Of a DNA stretch of 64,000 bases, positions 12,201 to 26,366 are shown piece after piece. The number at the start of each line of letters is the position of its first letter. Within the stretch, counting starts at the first letter, position 1. The position numbers and the translations under genes were made by a program. The notes under the pieces were generated by a model that did no database searches, had not been told where the DNA came from, and saw only the letters and a program-made list of their open reading frames with translations. The stretch is from Daphnia carinata (taxonomy: Eukaryota). The DNA lies in contig NC_081334.1 of the NCBI RefSeq assembly GCF_022539665.2, positions 2,604,001 through 2,668,000 of the forward strand, read 5' to 3'.

Positions 12201-13759
12201 GTAACTGGGCCGAATCGGCTGAATGTCGATCCTGCGAATAAAAACAAATGCAAATGAAAAATTGGAACCTTTTCAAATTGAAAAGAATTTACAGTTGTTT
12301 TCCTAGATGATCGTTTTTCGCCGGCCGGTGAGGATGAACTGGGCTGGGCTGACTGGACAGATTGGACGGCAGCAGCCATAGCTGGTGGCATGGCCAGGGA
12401 GGCCAGTGGGTTGCCAAAGAAAGGATAGGACATGGCCATGGAAGAGAGAGAGGACAAACTAGAGCTCGGTGTTGTGGTGGATGATGTTGAGACGGACGCA
12501 GGTTCTACGTTATTCGCCGTAGTGGCCCTCCGTCGGCTTTTGCTGCTGGAACTGCTTTTGCGGTTGGTGGCGCCGCTTGTCGTAGCGGCTGATGTGGGCG
12601 TCATGAATTTGAGTTCAGTTCCAGCAGGTAGACGAGATTTGCTGGTCGACGGAGTGGAGGTACTATTGGCCGGCTGATACGGTGAGGCTGTCGAGGCGGA
12701 AGGAATAGGCTGCCTGCTCAGTGAATCCCGCACGATGGGATTGGAGGTGCGCGACGAGGACGAACTCTTTGCCGATTTGCCACCGGAATGTGCGGCCGCG
12801 TTCATGGCCATCGTGTAGCTGGCCAGCATGCTATCGGCCGCCGACATGCCGCTAAATCCGGCAATACCGTGGAATGTGGAAGAAGGAGCGGCTGACGAGG
12901 AAGAAGCGCCACCGCCACTGCGACCGGACGAGGAGCCAGCGGAAGCGGACGCGGCAGCGTGCTGTAGACGGGCCAAATAGTCCATTTGTGATGCCACCGA
13001 CCACCAGGCGGCCTGAGCTGCTGCATGATCTGATCGTGAGGGGAAAAGACGAGATCGATTGTGAAATTGATCTTTAAAAAGACGATCGGCCCTCTTTGGA
13101 CATCATAGCGTTGTACGAAATGTGTCTTACTGGCTTGATTGCTGGACGAGGGAGGAGCGAAGGGTGACGGACCGCCTTGACCCAGTAGACCGTAGCCGGG
13201 CATCGGAGCCATCGGGTTGTAACTGGCAGGAATTCCGGCAGCAAACAGCGAATGGGCTATACAAAAAGAAGATAAATAACATTATTGAATTTGAATCATT
13301 TAAGGTTATGAAATTCACTTTTTCTTTTCTAACGAAATAGTGTGGGAAAAATCAGCCACAAGATGGCAGTCATAAAAACCAGTTTAATGCGGTTTATTGT
13401 CTTCGAGTTATTCAAGTTCAACTGACGGAAACAATGGAGTTCTCTCTCTTTCCTTCACGACGGTACAAAAAATGGGCCGGTTTTTCTTCCCATAAAGGAA
13501 AAAAAGAGCCGGTTCTGTTAGACACTCACGACATGTCAAAGAAGAAAACGTTGATCTTTTGATTTAAAGAATGTCTCGAATTACCAAAAAGAGCTGAAGG
13601 ATCCAAAAGTCCGAGGGCGTTCATGGCTGCAGCCTGGGCTTGAACGTGCTGAGCCTGCTGGACACTCATGGCGGACGACGAGCTACCATGATGATTCGGC
13701 GTGCCTCTATCGCCACCTCCATTGCTGGCCTTCGCATCCCGATCCGAGGCCGAATCCAT
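6269..13759 (-). CDS. tou: Toutatis/BAZ2A-B chromatin-remodelling subunit (MBD-DDT-WHIM-tandem PHD-bromodomain)
   Basis: Multi-exon. MBD/TAM (RIPLTQGWKRET...YYSPSGRRFRQYPDV, ~11070-10860), coiled coil, DDT (YEFLHTFGETLG), WHIM motifs (GQDRFRRRLW, LHPRGVREKEL), two PHD fingers (~7400-7030), bromodomain (AWPFLLPVN...PMDLSTI...NCVTFNEDDSPVG) with TAG at 6271-6269. The start may extend to 14028 (see findings). Confidence 0.92.
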
Positions 13760-14025
13760 TGTCGATTCAGCCTATTTGCAAAAAACACGAAAATCATTCA
13801 TCTAAAATTTCGACACAAATGAGGTCAATTGTCCGTTTCACTAAAGTAGAGCAATGAACTCTCATTGGCCAGTTTGTTTCAAAGTGTGTGTGTGTGACTC
13901 TTTTGTATGCGTGAGTATGTTAGGCTAAAAATATACACGGCCAAACCAGAAAAAAGAAGAAGATGATAACAAAAAAAAAAAAAAAAAAGGCCCGGCGTGA
14001 TGAGCCGAAGAAGAAGGTTTCTTAC

Positions 14026-16930
14026 CATGACCGATTCTCTTTATCTCTTTCTTCTGTTATTACCTTCTTTGCCGCAAGCAAACAATTCTCCCGATAGATG
14101 TCTCTACTTGTTTTCATTTTTTTTTTTTAATACCACAAAATATTTAACTAAACACGCATTTTTTAAACGATAGAGAATTCATTTTATCGTTTAACTTTGC
14201 ATCAAATGATTTCAATAAAAAAAAGGGGTGGAAATAAAATAAAGGTAGTTGTCTTTGCGCGTCGTAGAGGTCAGCAGTGAAGAAGCCGACATTTCTTCGA
14301 AAAAAAAAAGAGAAATTCATAAAGAGGGGAGTTAGGTACTCCCCCAGACAACGTTTTAAACGCCGCCAGCCTCTTCTTCCGCAGGGCTAACAAAACTTCC
14401 TATTTCTCTTTACGCCGTTGCTAACTCGGAACGGACAGATTTCGCTACAAAAGAGGTCAATCGGGCGTCGATTGGAGACACACACAAGCCTATGCGCTAT
14501 TCTTCTTTACTCGGAACCGGTCGATCGTTGGCAAGTTTTTTTTGTGGGCGATCCATATCCAGGAGGAAAAAAGGGGACGTGTTTTTCAGATAGAAAAAAG
14601 GGGGACGCGCTTTATGGTGGAGGGATCCAAGAAAAAAATGGGTTCTTTCCTCCACATCAGTTTTCCTTTGTCTCGGGGTTGGAAAAAAATGAAATTGTTG
14701 GGGGTGAAATGAATTCACTTGTTGCTAAATAAAAATGTGTTTAACAAATATTCGATTTATGGTTAATGGTGACTAAATGTAATGATTAGAGTCGCTAGAA
14801 AATCGTGATAGCGGGAATGGGAAAAAATGTTCCTCTTTGAAACACACAAAGGAAATAAAAGTGGCGAGTGGGAGGAGCGGTGAGAAAAACCGGTTTGGCG
14901 GCGGTTCTACGACCGGATCGAACCAAAAACTCGTGACTCCTCAAATTCATCCGACAGCTTTTTGCCCTCACTCTAATCCCATAACAAACTCAATGAGGAA
15001 AATTTTAAAACATCCAAACTCATTGGCAATCCATCCGATATCATTTTTCAAAAGTGGCATAAAAAACAAATAACCCAAGATGCGGTTTACACACCTGTCC
15101 TTGCATAAGTAACCTAAAATGGAAGTTAAAAAAAAAAAAATGAAATTTCTCTTTGCTCGTAATGAAATGAAGAAGAAGGCTGATGCCCCCGTCTGACATT
15201 CCCGGTGTCACCGCGACGCGCAGTGAGCGTCATTTTTAGGAGGACCGTGCGTGTGTACGCGCGCGCGCTCTCTCTCTCTCTTTGTCCCGAGATGTTCCGC
15301 TCACGTCGCATATTTTTTTCTTTCTCCCCCTTGCTTTTCAAAAGATATTCGTGAGCTCTGAAAAGAGAAACAGAGAAATGGTAGCACAAGAGAAATCGCC
15401 CGGAGCTGTTCCAATCCCCTCAAGGTCTCTTTCGTTTTTTTTTTTTTAACTTGGGCCGGAATCAGAAAAGAATGGGAAAAAAAAAATATTCTTATTCAAC
15501 ATCCTGTTTTTGTGTGTTGCATCTTTCTCTATTGTTTGTTTCTATTTTTCATGCAACTCAACAAGCTCAAAGATGGACCTAAATGAATATAACCTGCTGG
15601 ACAAGCCCTAAGGGAGTGACGGACCAACTCAGATATGTGCGTACATGGAGCGCAGGACCGGATCGATTTCTACACACATTACACAATTGGAGTGAAAAAA
15701 AAAAGAACAAAAATGTTTACAGAAAAATAAACATTTTTTTTTTCACGGGTCTTGTATTTGTGTTTGGCTGCTTAGCAACCTCACCAAAAAGACGCAATCA
15801 TATTGCCCATCACGCATAATCTGTTTACACACGTCGTCGTGCATAAAACACAACACCTCTAAAATATTGAAGCCTCGTGAATAATCCATTGTCTGATGAA
15901 TGAACTTTTGACTACATGTCCAATTTTTAAACCCGCATCATTGATAAGAGTTATCCCCCCTCAGTTATCCCGAATTTTTAAATAAAATGGTTTTTAAAAA
16001 ATCAAGGAATGTCAACAGCGCAGGATCGACAGCTGCCCCCCTCCGTTGTAAATGGATGCGGGTTCTAAAGCAGATGGAACGTCACGTGACGTGGGGTAAC
16101 TGCCGTCTCACGTCTATTGGTCACATTGAAAACGGATGACAGGAAGAATTAACAAAATGAAACAATTAAATAGTTGACCTTGTCTTTACACGCTGCCATA
16201 GTCAACATAGGAGGTTATAAAAATAAAAAGTGGGCCAATGTCAAGGTCACAGACCACGTGGACTGATTTGTCTTGAATTCGCCATCAAGTTGCGCGTTGA
16301 TTGAAAAGAAAGGCCTACCAGCTCCGCCATGATGGTACAAATACATAGAGATATGTCTAGAAAGAAAAAGGGGGCCTTTGCCAAGCGACCGAGTAGAAAC
16401 CGTTGTGCGTGTGTGTGTGTGAGTGAGTCGGAGGGGAAAGAGAGCGCTCGCCCCTCCTGCCTGCTCGATCGGAGAGCAAGGAAGGCGCTCGGCCAATTGT
16501 ATGTGATGTGCTGCTGCACCAAAAAGAGTGAGAGGGGGGGCCCCTTGCCTGGCTTTTTAGCGGGTGGGCTTGCGGGGTGGTGTGGTGGAGAAAGCGTCTG
16601 TACGCCACCGAAGCACGACAAGAGCCTTACAGAAACCCAAAATGTCTGCCTCTTTTTACTGTTCAAGTTTCTTCTTCTTGTTTGATTGCTTTTTGGGCTC
16701 ACTCGAAAGAGAGTATGAAAATCGGTCGGCCATGTTTGTTTTGTTTGTTGTTTTATGGCGGGCAAAGATAAGTCATCACTCACCTGTTTCAAAGATATCC
16801 GACAATGGTCGAGTTATTCGGGATATTTCTTTGTGTGTTGAGCGCGCGCATAACACAACACACGAAACGTAATATACACAACACACAAGAAGAGCATACA
16901 CTATGCTTCGACGGCAAACACGAAACTGAC
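14026..16930 (-). promoter_or_regulatory. Probable upstream/alternative first exons and promoter region of tou
   Basis: Strong minus-strand donors ATG|GTAAGA (exon end 14026) and CAG|GTGAGT (exon end 16784). Palindromic E-box GTCACGTGAC at 16081-16090; GA/CA microsatellites; no coherent ORF. Confidence 0.4.
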
Positions 16931-17262
16931 TGGACCGGGAGACTGACACTGCACTAAGAAAAGAAAAAAAACCAGAAAATCAAACGTTCTGGTTCACAAT
17001 GTTGGTGCTTCAAAATGACCAGTCTGCTGATGAATAAAACTACACTGATCAATGACTAAGATTACACATCACACGTGATGATCGACAGAAGAAATCTGTC
17101 TCGAGAATCTTCCCTCTTCCATCCAGGTGTATGTCTCAATTTTGCACACAAAAAAGTTCACGCTTTTCTGAACAGTTGGACCGTTTTTCAGCGAGAGCCT
17201 GTAAGACACACCGCTCCTCTGGTCCGCTCCTCGTTGTTTTGTGTCGCCCCGATATGTATAAC

Positions 17263-18000
17263 GGTGGTGGCGCGGCGCCATCCATCATCAGGGTTGCAAA
17301 CAAGAATTAATGCCTGACAATGCTACAAGAGTACCTATGGCATTTTAATCTTTCTGGATGCCTATCAGCGCCATCTAGCGAAAAGAAATCATTCGATATC
17401 CAGTGAGCGCCATGCGTTCTGCTGCGAACGGTGCAGTCGATACATCAATGAGACAGTCTCTTGATTGATAATCAGTGATAATCAGGACTATTCAAGTGCC
17501 TCTCGAGAAAGAATTTGCTGATAACGCATTGTAACACTTTTAAGATATAAAGAAAACTTTAATCTACGAGATTTTCCTTTTGTTTGATAAAAACCAGAGA
17601 ACTTTTCCGATCGACCTTTCCCCAAAGGGGAATGGAACTTGCAAGGCACCACGTTGAAGTGTCAGGCATCCGTTAGGGGACTCTCATAGCGGCGCCATTT
17701 GGATTCGGATATCACCGCTTGGTGCAGCAAAATCGGGCCCTATTAATGTGTTGTTTGCTAATGGTAAAAAGGGTCGGCGAACGTGACAACAACATAAAAG
17801 AAGGAGAGAGTTAGAGTAGATAAAAAAAGCAAGCAGCAGAAAGATAGAAATAAATAAAAAAAAATCATGGACGGTGAGGTTGAGGGGGGAGGGAAACGAG
17901 GGGAAATGCACAGACAGAAAAGACAAGCCGCACGAGAGAGAGAGAGAGCGCGCGCTGCTGTTTGAGCGCCGACGCCCGAGGAACGGCGACATGACGTCAT
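17263..18000. promoter_or_regulatory. Cluster of CTCF/YY1(Pho)-like motifs, GAGA tract and CRE palindrome between divergent tou and MPP-alpha
   Basis: CAGCGCCATCTAGCG 17366-17380, GGCGCCATCC 17274-17283, GCGCCAT 17407-17413, GGCGCCATTTTG 17691-17702, (GA)n ~17934-17948, ATGACGTCAT 17991-18000. Confidence 0.35.
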
Positions 18001-18751
18001 CGGCCGAATGCAAGGCAATCCCGTACGGTGCTCACATGAACCCCCCTCCCCCCTTTGGACAGAAAAAAGGATAACGAATGACGACTCGTTCGAATCGTCT
18101 CGGCGTCGCCGATCTATCACCGCCATTGCCGTCTCATCTTCAGCAACTCACCACCGGTTTCCTTCTCTTCATCTTTTGACCTGTTCGCTTCTACATGCAC
18201 GTCAGGAAATCAAGAAATCTGGTTTTCGACATTCACGCATTCCTGACACACTAGAGTATGAGAGTCCTCGCTTTAGGGTCAAACATCATTTCGATGATTA
18301 GCCCATAGCTTGATAAAATCGGCATTTCTAATTTTTCAATGGATCATTAATAGATATGATCGGTCTTTCTTTATTGGGAAGATTTGGAACAACAACTTGA
18401 TTTAAAAAGCTTGTAAAAGTCTTGCTTAATAACTACAAGAGCGATTCGTGTCAAATGCATAAATTGAAAGGAGCAAGAAATCAAATCCTACCGAACGACT
18501 TAATTAACATGAATGTTTGACAAGACCTAAGTCGTCATCGTCAACAAAGAAGCGAGCTGATTGCTGCAAGAGGTTTCTACAGCTGATCGCAGATGGCTTA
18601 CCAAAAACTAGCAGACGAAACTGCTCACATGTCATTTGAAAAGGAATTCTAGATTTCCGATTTCTTCACAAATCAGTAATTGTTCAATAACAATTTATTT
18701 ATTTTAAATAACTTTATAACAGCGCCCTACGCCCATTTGTAAGCTAGCCAG

Positions 18752-21019
18752 ATGATGGTTCTAAGATCACTTTGCTCAAGGTTAGATTTGTACTGCCTAA
18801 TATTCTGTGCTGCTTCATGACTTCAGGTTTATTTTGCACTGTAATGAAATAAAAACGTGTTGTATACTAGGGGATGCCAGCCCTTTAAACGATACCATAG
18901 ACTATTTGCGACAAGCACAAGCTCGACTATTTCTTCGGCTTCTAAAGCAACTCCTCTTTCAGAACCATTACCTGGACTTCCTAAGCCTATTTTTGCCACA
19001 GTTGGGTCGACTAGTCATGAAACCAAAATTACGGTTTTGGAAAATGGTCTGAAAGTTGCATCAGAGAACAGATATGGAAAATTTTCCACAGTTGGAGGTA
19101 AGTTCAACAGAATAATAAGTTTTCCAATAGCATTTCACAATAAATGTTGTTTCATTGTTCAACAGTTGTAATTGATTCAGGCTCCAGATATGAAGTGGCA
19201 TATCCTAGTGGAGTTTCACATTTCCTGGAAAAATTGGCTTTTGGAGTATTTGCTTCTATTAGATTCTTTTCCCCTTTTTTGGTGTGTGCAATAGTGTTCA
19301 TCATATTTTTGTCATATATTTCGCAGGCCACACAGGAATATGGAGACAGAGACAAAATCATGCAAGTTTTGGAAAAACATGGAGGCATTTGCGATTGTCA
19401 ATCATCTAGGTATAGTTTTTTATAATAATAACTGGTCTGAATTTACCAAACACAAAATCTTCACTTGAGCAGGGACACATTCATCTATGCTGCCTCCATT
19501 GAAACAACAGCCCTAGATACTGCCATTCAAGTATTAGGTGAAGTTATTTTACGGCCAAAACTAACTCCGCAAGAGGTCAGAATTTCGTTAAAGGGAAATC
19601 AAGAAATTTTGTAGCTTTTTTCCTAACCAATTTTTTTTTTTTTTTTTAGATTGACGATGCACGCCTTGCGATTTCTTTTGAATTAGAAAATATGGATATC
19701 CGTCCCGAACAAGAACCTCTACTCTTGGAAATGATTCACGCTGTTTGTTTTCCTTTTTTTAAAATTATATTTACCTTTCTTACATCTCCTGTTGATTACA
19801 AAGGCTGCTTACAGAGACAACACGTTAGGTCTGCCGAAAGTTTGCCCCCAAGAAAACGTGACGATGATAGACCAGTCCATAATTTACAGCTTCCTCAATA
19901 GCCACTACGATCCATCGAGGATGGTTCTTGCTGGTGTAGGTGTAGAGCATGAGGCTTTAGTCGAATGCGCTCAGAAGTATTGTCATGTCTCCTCATTGTT
20001 TAACTTTAAATTAATTTTTAAATATTCATTTAGGCACTTCGTTGAAAAGAAACCTATTTGGATGCAAGATAGCTCTCTAGTTCTACCTGGCCGGCGTGAG
20101 ATCGACCGTTCATTAGCTCAATATACTGGCGGAATGGTTAAGGTAGTTTCTAAAATTCTGTCTTTGAGTTACAATTGGTGAAGTATCATATGTTTGTTGG
20201 AAATCAGGTGGAAAAGGATTTGTCTGACGTGAGTCTCGGCCCTAATCCCATGCCGGAATTGGCCCACATTGTACTAGGACTTGAAAGCGGTTCCCATCAG
20301 CACGATGATTTTGTAGCTCTCTGCGTTCTCAGTATGATGATGGGTGGTGGAGGCTCGTTCTCGGCTGGGGGCCCTGGTAAAGGAATGTACACTCGACTTT
20401 ACACAAATGCCTTGAACAGGTATAGATTAATCATTTATCGACAGTCGTTCTGGAGCTACTAAATCACTGATTTAATAGATATCATTGGATGCATAATGCG
20501 ACAGCATACAATCATGCTTATGCTGATTCGGGCGTTTTCTGCATTCATGCTGCATCACACCCATCACAACTTAGAGAGCTAGTAGACGTTATCACGCGCG
20601 AGTTTGTCGCCATGGCTGGAATCATTGAAGATTCTGAGTTGGCAGTATGTTTAACTTATTCATAATATTTTTGTTATACTATTTGGTTCGAACATTTGTT
20701 TTCTTCACAGAGGGCGAGGAAACAATTGCAGTCAATGCTCCTTATGAATCTAGAGAGCCGACCTGTAGTTTTTGAAGACATTGGACGACAAGTTCTAGCT
20801 ACTGGTAAACGGAAGCGAACTGAAGAGTTCATCGATAAGATCCGTTCCATCACAGCCGAAGATATTCAGAGAGTCGCTAGTCGAATGCTGCGCACCAAGC
20901 CTTCAGTTGCCGCGCTTGGTGATTTACGAAAACTCCCAGAATACCAGTCAATCGAATCTGCTCTATCCAGTGCTGACGGGAAGCTTCCTCGGCGAGGAAG
21001 GTTTTCAGTTTTCCACTGA
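18752..21019 (+). CDS. PMPCA: Mitochondrial-processing peptidase alpha subunit (M16 family, non-catalytic)
   Basis: Multi-exon. Basic N-terminal presequence, [19 protein letters not shown], degenerate zinc motif HFLEK, glycine-rich loop [43 protein letters not shown] at 21017-21019. Confidence 0.93.
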
Positions 21020-21550
21020 TGTTAGACGTTTTGTTACCAAGGCTATAATCATCTTTAATTCTGTTCGGAAGTTGTGAGGTGGAAAACATTGATAACGAGT
21101 CGTCAAATCAACTATGTAACAGTTGGAGAATGATATATTCGGTTGTACATCGTGACCCCTAGTTTTTGTGCGTTTTAATAAACAACTTTTTCTCTATGTG
21201 ATTCCACAAACCAGTCTATTAGAATTATTCAATTTTTCTTTTTAAAACAAATTATATTGGCTTGTTTATAATTATACTTTCATACAGGGATTTGTTCAAC
21301 TTTGTGGTAAATTTGCGATCCTCGAACTATTTTTAAATGTACTTCCCCCCAAGTCCAAATATTAGGCAACGTCATAAAACGTTCAAAAGCAGAGCAGACG
21401 TCTTCAATATGAAACGTGCTACAAGTCAGCAACGTTGAATCACTCGCATAATAAGTGGTTGCATTAACAGCTGGAAATTCAGTTTTAAAATTTCGTATCG
21501 AACAAATTATTCTTATCGTTATAAGCTACATAAGATACGTAAATCTAGAA

Positions 21551-23390
21551 ATGTCATCTCCATTAGATGAAACGACAAAGCTCTTAGCTGGTCTGTCACT
21601 TGGCGGTAGCTGTATGAAAACGCTCGAGTCATTGCGAATCCTTTTGGCGTCTGTCTCTCTTAGCGAGCTTAAGGATTACGCGCCAAAAATTGATATTGAT
21701 AGGATCTACAAGTGCCTTGCTACATCAAACAAGTATTATAATTATATATTACTTATGAATGCTTGCACACACTGAATCTGTTTCTTTTTTCTATCCAGAG
21801 ATCAAATTGATTTAACATGTGAAATACTCAAGCGTATTCTGGGTGCCATTCCCATAGGGCATGCCATGGTTCGGTATGAAGATCTGTTTTTACAAGGACT
21901 TGCACATTCTGAAAGTCAAGTAAAAGAATTGATATTCCAAGAGGTATGTTTTTTTTATTGAACATCAAAAGCATCTTTTCTTATTTACAATTTAATTTAA
22001 TGTAGCTCCAAATGGCAGCTGATGATCCCACAACTTGCGAACAACTTGCGACCAAATTGGAAATTTTGCTTTCTTGCCTGCAACTGATAGGCAGTACAGA
22101 TGAATCCATTGCAAGTAAAGCCAGTAGAGTTTTTATGTCTATTGCACGTCAAGGCGATACAGCCAATGTGTTGGTGTCGCCTCCAATTGTTGAAGAGATG
22201 CGTACGGTGAGCCGCAAAAGTGACATTGTCCGCTATAGAATTTATGACATTGTCGTTACCTACTGCTGTACTTCCGAGGAAAAACTAACTTTTTGCGAAG
22301 AACATAAGCTGATCCAAACCCTGCTGGAAGAAGTATCAACAGATGATATTCTTGTCCAATTGAATGCATTGGAACTTATTACTACGTTAGCTTCTTGCCA
22401 ACATGGGCGGAATTATCTTGAGCGACAAGGGATAACCCAGAAGCTAGCTACCAGGCTAGATGAAGCCACAGCGGATCCCCTTGCGTCGCTTCTTGTTCCC
22501 GGTTTAATGAAGTATTTTGGTGCGCTCGCTCATTTCCAGCCAGAAGTTTTATCGAGATACTCGAACTTCACGAACACGATGTTCAACTTGATAGACGATG
22601 CCGATATTTCTTTAAAAATGATTTCGATTGAAACAATTTCCTTCATTGCCATGGAGCGTGATGGCAAGTTGGCCCTGAATCAACAAGGTATGCTGATTGT
22701 CATGATACAGCAGTTTCATTTCCATCAACCATTTGTTTATTGTTACTGTGACTAGGTTCCAAAATGGATGATGCAATCAAGACGATGGGATCGCTATTCA
22801 CTCACGCCTTTAATGAAGTTCGTCTAAAGGCACTCAATTCGTTTGCGGAGTTGACACACGTACCCCCAACAGAAGTAAATCAGGACCTTGTTTCTCATAG
22901 TTGGAAGTTTGCATTTATGGTGATATTATTTTCAGACGATCGATGAAGAGGTACGAAAAATCATCGAGCATTGGTTTTTCATGCTTAACCCCAAGCCGAT
23001 TCAGTTCATAATGAATGTGACAAAACAGCCATTTAGAGATCTGAGGTTTTCTGCACTCAACATTCTTCTACAACTTGTCCCCCACATGTGGGCACAGAAA
23101 CTAATGAGTCAAGAACCAGGTACTGTAATGATCTACGTTGCGCTCAGATAGTTTTTTAATGAAAAAAAAATTTTTTAGGGTTTTTAGAGTTTTTGCTCGA
23201 TCGTCGAGGTGAGCCAGACAAAGAATGTCTTGAGATGAAATTCAACATTGTGAAAAGATTGAGCGAAACGCTTAACCCCGAATGTAAGATATGGAGCGAG
23301 TATTGTATGGCGCAAATGCGCGATCACGTACGCGAAGGATTATGGTTTGCTCGTGCCCAATCCACTGTTGCTCTTGAGAGCGGACCGTAA
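21551..23390 (+). CDS. PSMD5: 26S proteasome non-ATPase regulatory subunit 5 (S5b assembly chaperone)
   Basis: Multi-exon ARM/HEAT-like protein with DIVRYRIYD, DDILVQLNALEL, PG.MKYFG, KQPFRDL, PGFLEFLLDR..EPDKE...KF and a C-terminal EG.W......VALE pattern typical of PSMD5. Confidence 0.85.
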
Positions 23391-23855
23391 AAATGTATTA
23401 GATTATTATGTCACTTTGTCTAAGTTTCTTTTTCGTTGGCCCCAAAAAATTGATTAAACGTTCATAAATTCCATGTAACAAGTTACCATTTTTCTGTCTA
23501 GGAACTTTTCCAACATTGGTTACCACGTGTGATAATTCAAGCAATCGTAGGAAGAAAGTTACTGGTCGTGTTGGCGGGTGGATATTGTTGTTAAGAACAA
23601 AGTCAACAAAAGCTTTTTCCAACAGGGCATAACGATGGTGCAGATTGGTCGTCCTAAGGAAATTAAGAATTTGTCAAGATGGGTGTTTGGAATATCATGA
23701 TAATCTCGCGCGTAGGTGATATATGCCTATGCGATAACGAATAAGTCGCACATTGAAAGGAGATATGCTGATAGTTTAGTTAGCATTGATTTGAACTCGT
23801 TGAGTCGAGAACAAATAACGAAGAAGAAGCGCACGTGGAACATAGGATAACTGAA

Positions 23856-26366
23856 ATGTTGAAGTTAATTTTCGTTTTGGTGTTTGGATCAGGTGAACTT
23901 TAAAACTACTTTTAATTTACCTGAAAATTTAGTAATGTATACATTTTCCAGCAGTAGCATCAGTACATTGTCTTACGTCCCGGATTATTGGTGGATCTAA
24001 TGCTGGACCGGGAGAGTTCCCATTCGTGGCGCAAATACAAGTTAACGGCCAGCATTGGTGTAACGGGTATATATACAACGATAAATGGATTGTAACAACA
24101 GCTGCCTGTGTTATTGGGTACGTACGCAACAATTTAATAATAAATCAACAAAAGAATGTATCTGATCGTTGATGAAAGCATCGTCCTATGTTGAAGCTTT
24201 TCGTCGTAAAATTTGCCCGCGATCGTTTATGTGATTTCCCTTATCACAGAAATGTCATACCATTGTTGATCGCGACAATTGCCAAACAAGGGGAAGAACC
24301 TTTTAATCAAATCAATATTTTAGTATATTCTCTTGTTTTGTTTGTGGCCTTTGGTATATAGATATCGTCACCAACCCGACGCCTTGACGGTGATCGTTGG
24401 ACGAACTGATCCGAATAATCTGGGAACCGAACAAATTATTCCAGTTTTTGCCATTCAAATTCATGAGAATTACGACCATAGCAGCAGGTCAAATAATGTT
24501 GCCATGCTACAGGTATTTATCGCATACAGCTGTATTGAGTGAAAACATCAATAACTCGTGGGATATATCATTTAAAATTCTTTAAAAGCTTTCGGCGGCC
24601 ATAGTAATAGGAAATGATGCCACAACAATTGCTTCCGGCTACCTTAATGCAAGTAAGGAGGCTACTGTTGCTGGCTGGACCGATGGAAGTGTAAGCATTA
24701 AACGATATAATGTAAAATTTCGATATTACAGCAAATCATGCTATTATTTTTCTTTTATGCGCATGTCCATTTTTGCGAATAACTCAATTTTACTAATATG
24801 ATGGTTTACACGGCAATCAGGCAGGTGAAATGAAAACTCTCAGATATACTAACGTTCCAATCCGACCAGAGGATGCATGTTCTACAGTTTACAATCAGTT
24901 ATGGAATAATGCCAGCATGTTCTGCGCTGGAAATGGTACGGGTTAATCAGAATCTATAAATCATACTAATTTGTAACGTGACATTTGCGTAATAATATTT
25001 CTTGCGATTTAGCCACAAATGATGCGTGTAATCAAGGAGATTCAGGTGCACCATTGTTACAACGGACAACGCCGGAAGGCTTTCATGTCGTTGGACTAGT
25101 TTCGCATACAATCGGATGTGGTGATCCGCTGTACCCTACCGTGTATACGCGTTTATCGTCATATTCTACCTGGATGGAAGACAAAGGAGGAGCTCAGTTC
25201 ATCTCAACTACGGAAATCGAAGAGGAGTTAACTGACTCAGCTACAGATATCACAACGACAGGGACTTACTCAACTGCAGAAATCACAACGGAGGAAATTG
25301 TTCTTACATCCCCCGTCGCTTACCGGTGCTCTACAGCTAGCGGCCCTAATCAATTTCCATTCATGGTCTCTGTTTTAAGCAGTAGCACGCTGAGTCATCT
25401 TTGTGCTGGTTTTATCTACAACGAAAGATTTATTGTCACAGCGGCTTCTTGTGTCATTCGGTAAGACTGTTAATTAGATGTAAATGTTAAGGCTTACATA
25501 TTTGGTCAGAAATGGAGATAACACACATGTTTGGAATGGAAATAGGAAAACAGGATCGATGCTTAACGTTACGGTTGGTCAGTACCGATTTGACAGACCT
25601 GACACAGCTGAAAAAATATTTCCCGTCATTGCGGTCACCCTTCATCCAGGATACAGGGAATCAAATCAAACGAATAACATAGCCATTGTCCAGGTTTATA
25701 ACCCGTACATATAATTAGATTTTTTCTAATTTCGTTTAATTGCATTTTTATGTTTTTCTTCTTCCTTGTTTTCATTTAGATTTCAGGAACTATCACGTTT
25801 GGAGAAGCTGTTAACTTTATCTACTATGACTCAGTTATGAATAACAATCCGTGTTCCGTTGCTGGATGGGCTTCAACTTTAGTAAGTCTCCGGAGCGTCA
25901 ACGAATATTGTTTTATTCAAACTCGAATACAAACAAGCGCTTATTCAGGTTGATAGCTGCGTACGATCCTTGAGTCTTTTGTGGGACAATAGCGAAATCA
26001 TCCAGACAAATGCGGACTGTTCTCAGTCACTGATGTCCAGCTTCGATTCATCCACCATGCTTTGCACAAAAAGTATTAAGAAATAGTTTAATCTTACATA
26101 ATATTGTAATCGATGTGAAGCAATCTTTTGTGTTTAAAATTCATGTAGAGGCCGTTGATAACTGTGAATTTGAAAGTGGAGCTCCGTTAATCCAGGGTAC
26201 TCCGCCGGTTGTCGTTGGAATCAAGTCTGTGTCTCAGGAATGTGTCAAATCCTCGCACGTTGTCTACACTCGCATTTCCTACTACTTCAACTGGTTGATC
26301 AGCGTGGCCGGATACCAACCTTTGCCTCCTGCAAGCAGATTTAATTCCAGGCATCCATATTTGTAA
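23856..26366 (+). CDS. Secreted double-domain trypsin-fold serine protease homologue (predicted inactive) with Thr/Glu-rich linker
   Basis: Signal peptide MLKLIFVLVFGS, activation site R/IIGG. Domain 1 triad motifs TTAAC, NNVAML, GDSGAPL; linker TTEIEEELTDSATDITTT; domain 2 motifs TAASC, NNIAIV, FESGAPL. TAA at 26364-26366. Confidence 0.85.

Noticed and set aside
6779..12677. Plus-strand ORFs antisense to tou
   Set aside because: Shadow frames of GC-rich coding exons.
14418..18301. Numerous 60-180 aa ORFs upstream of tou
   Set aside because: Low-complexity, microsatellite-derived, mostly non-ATG starts and no recognisable motifs; consistent with regulatory DNA.
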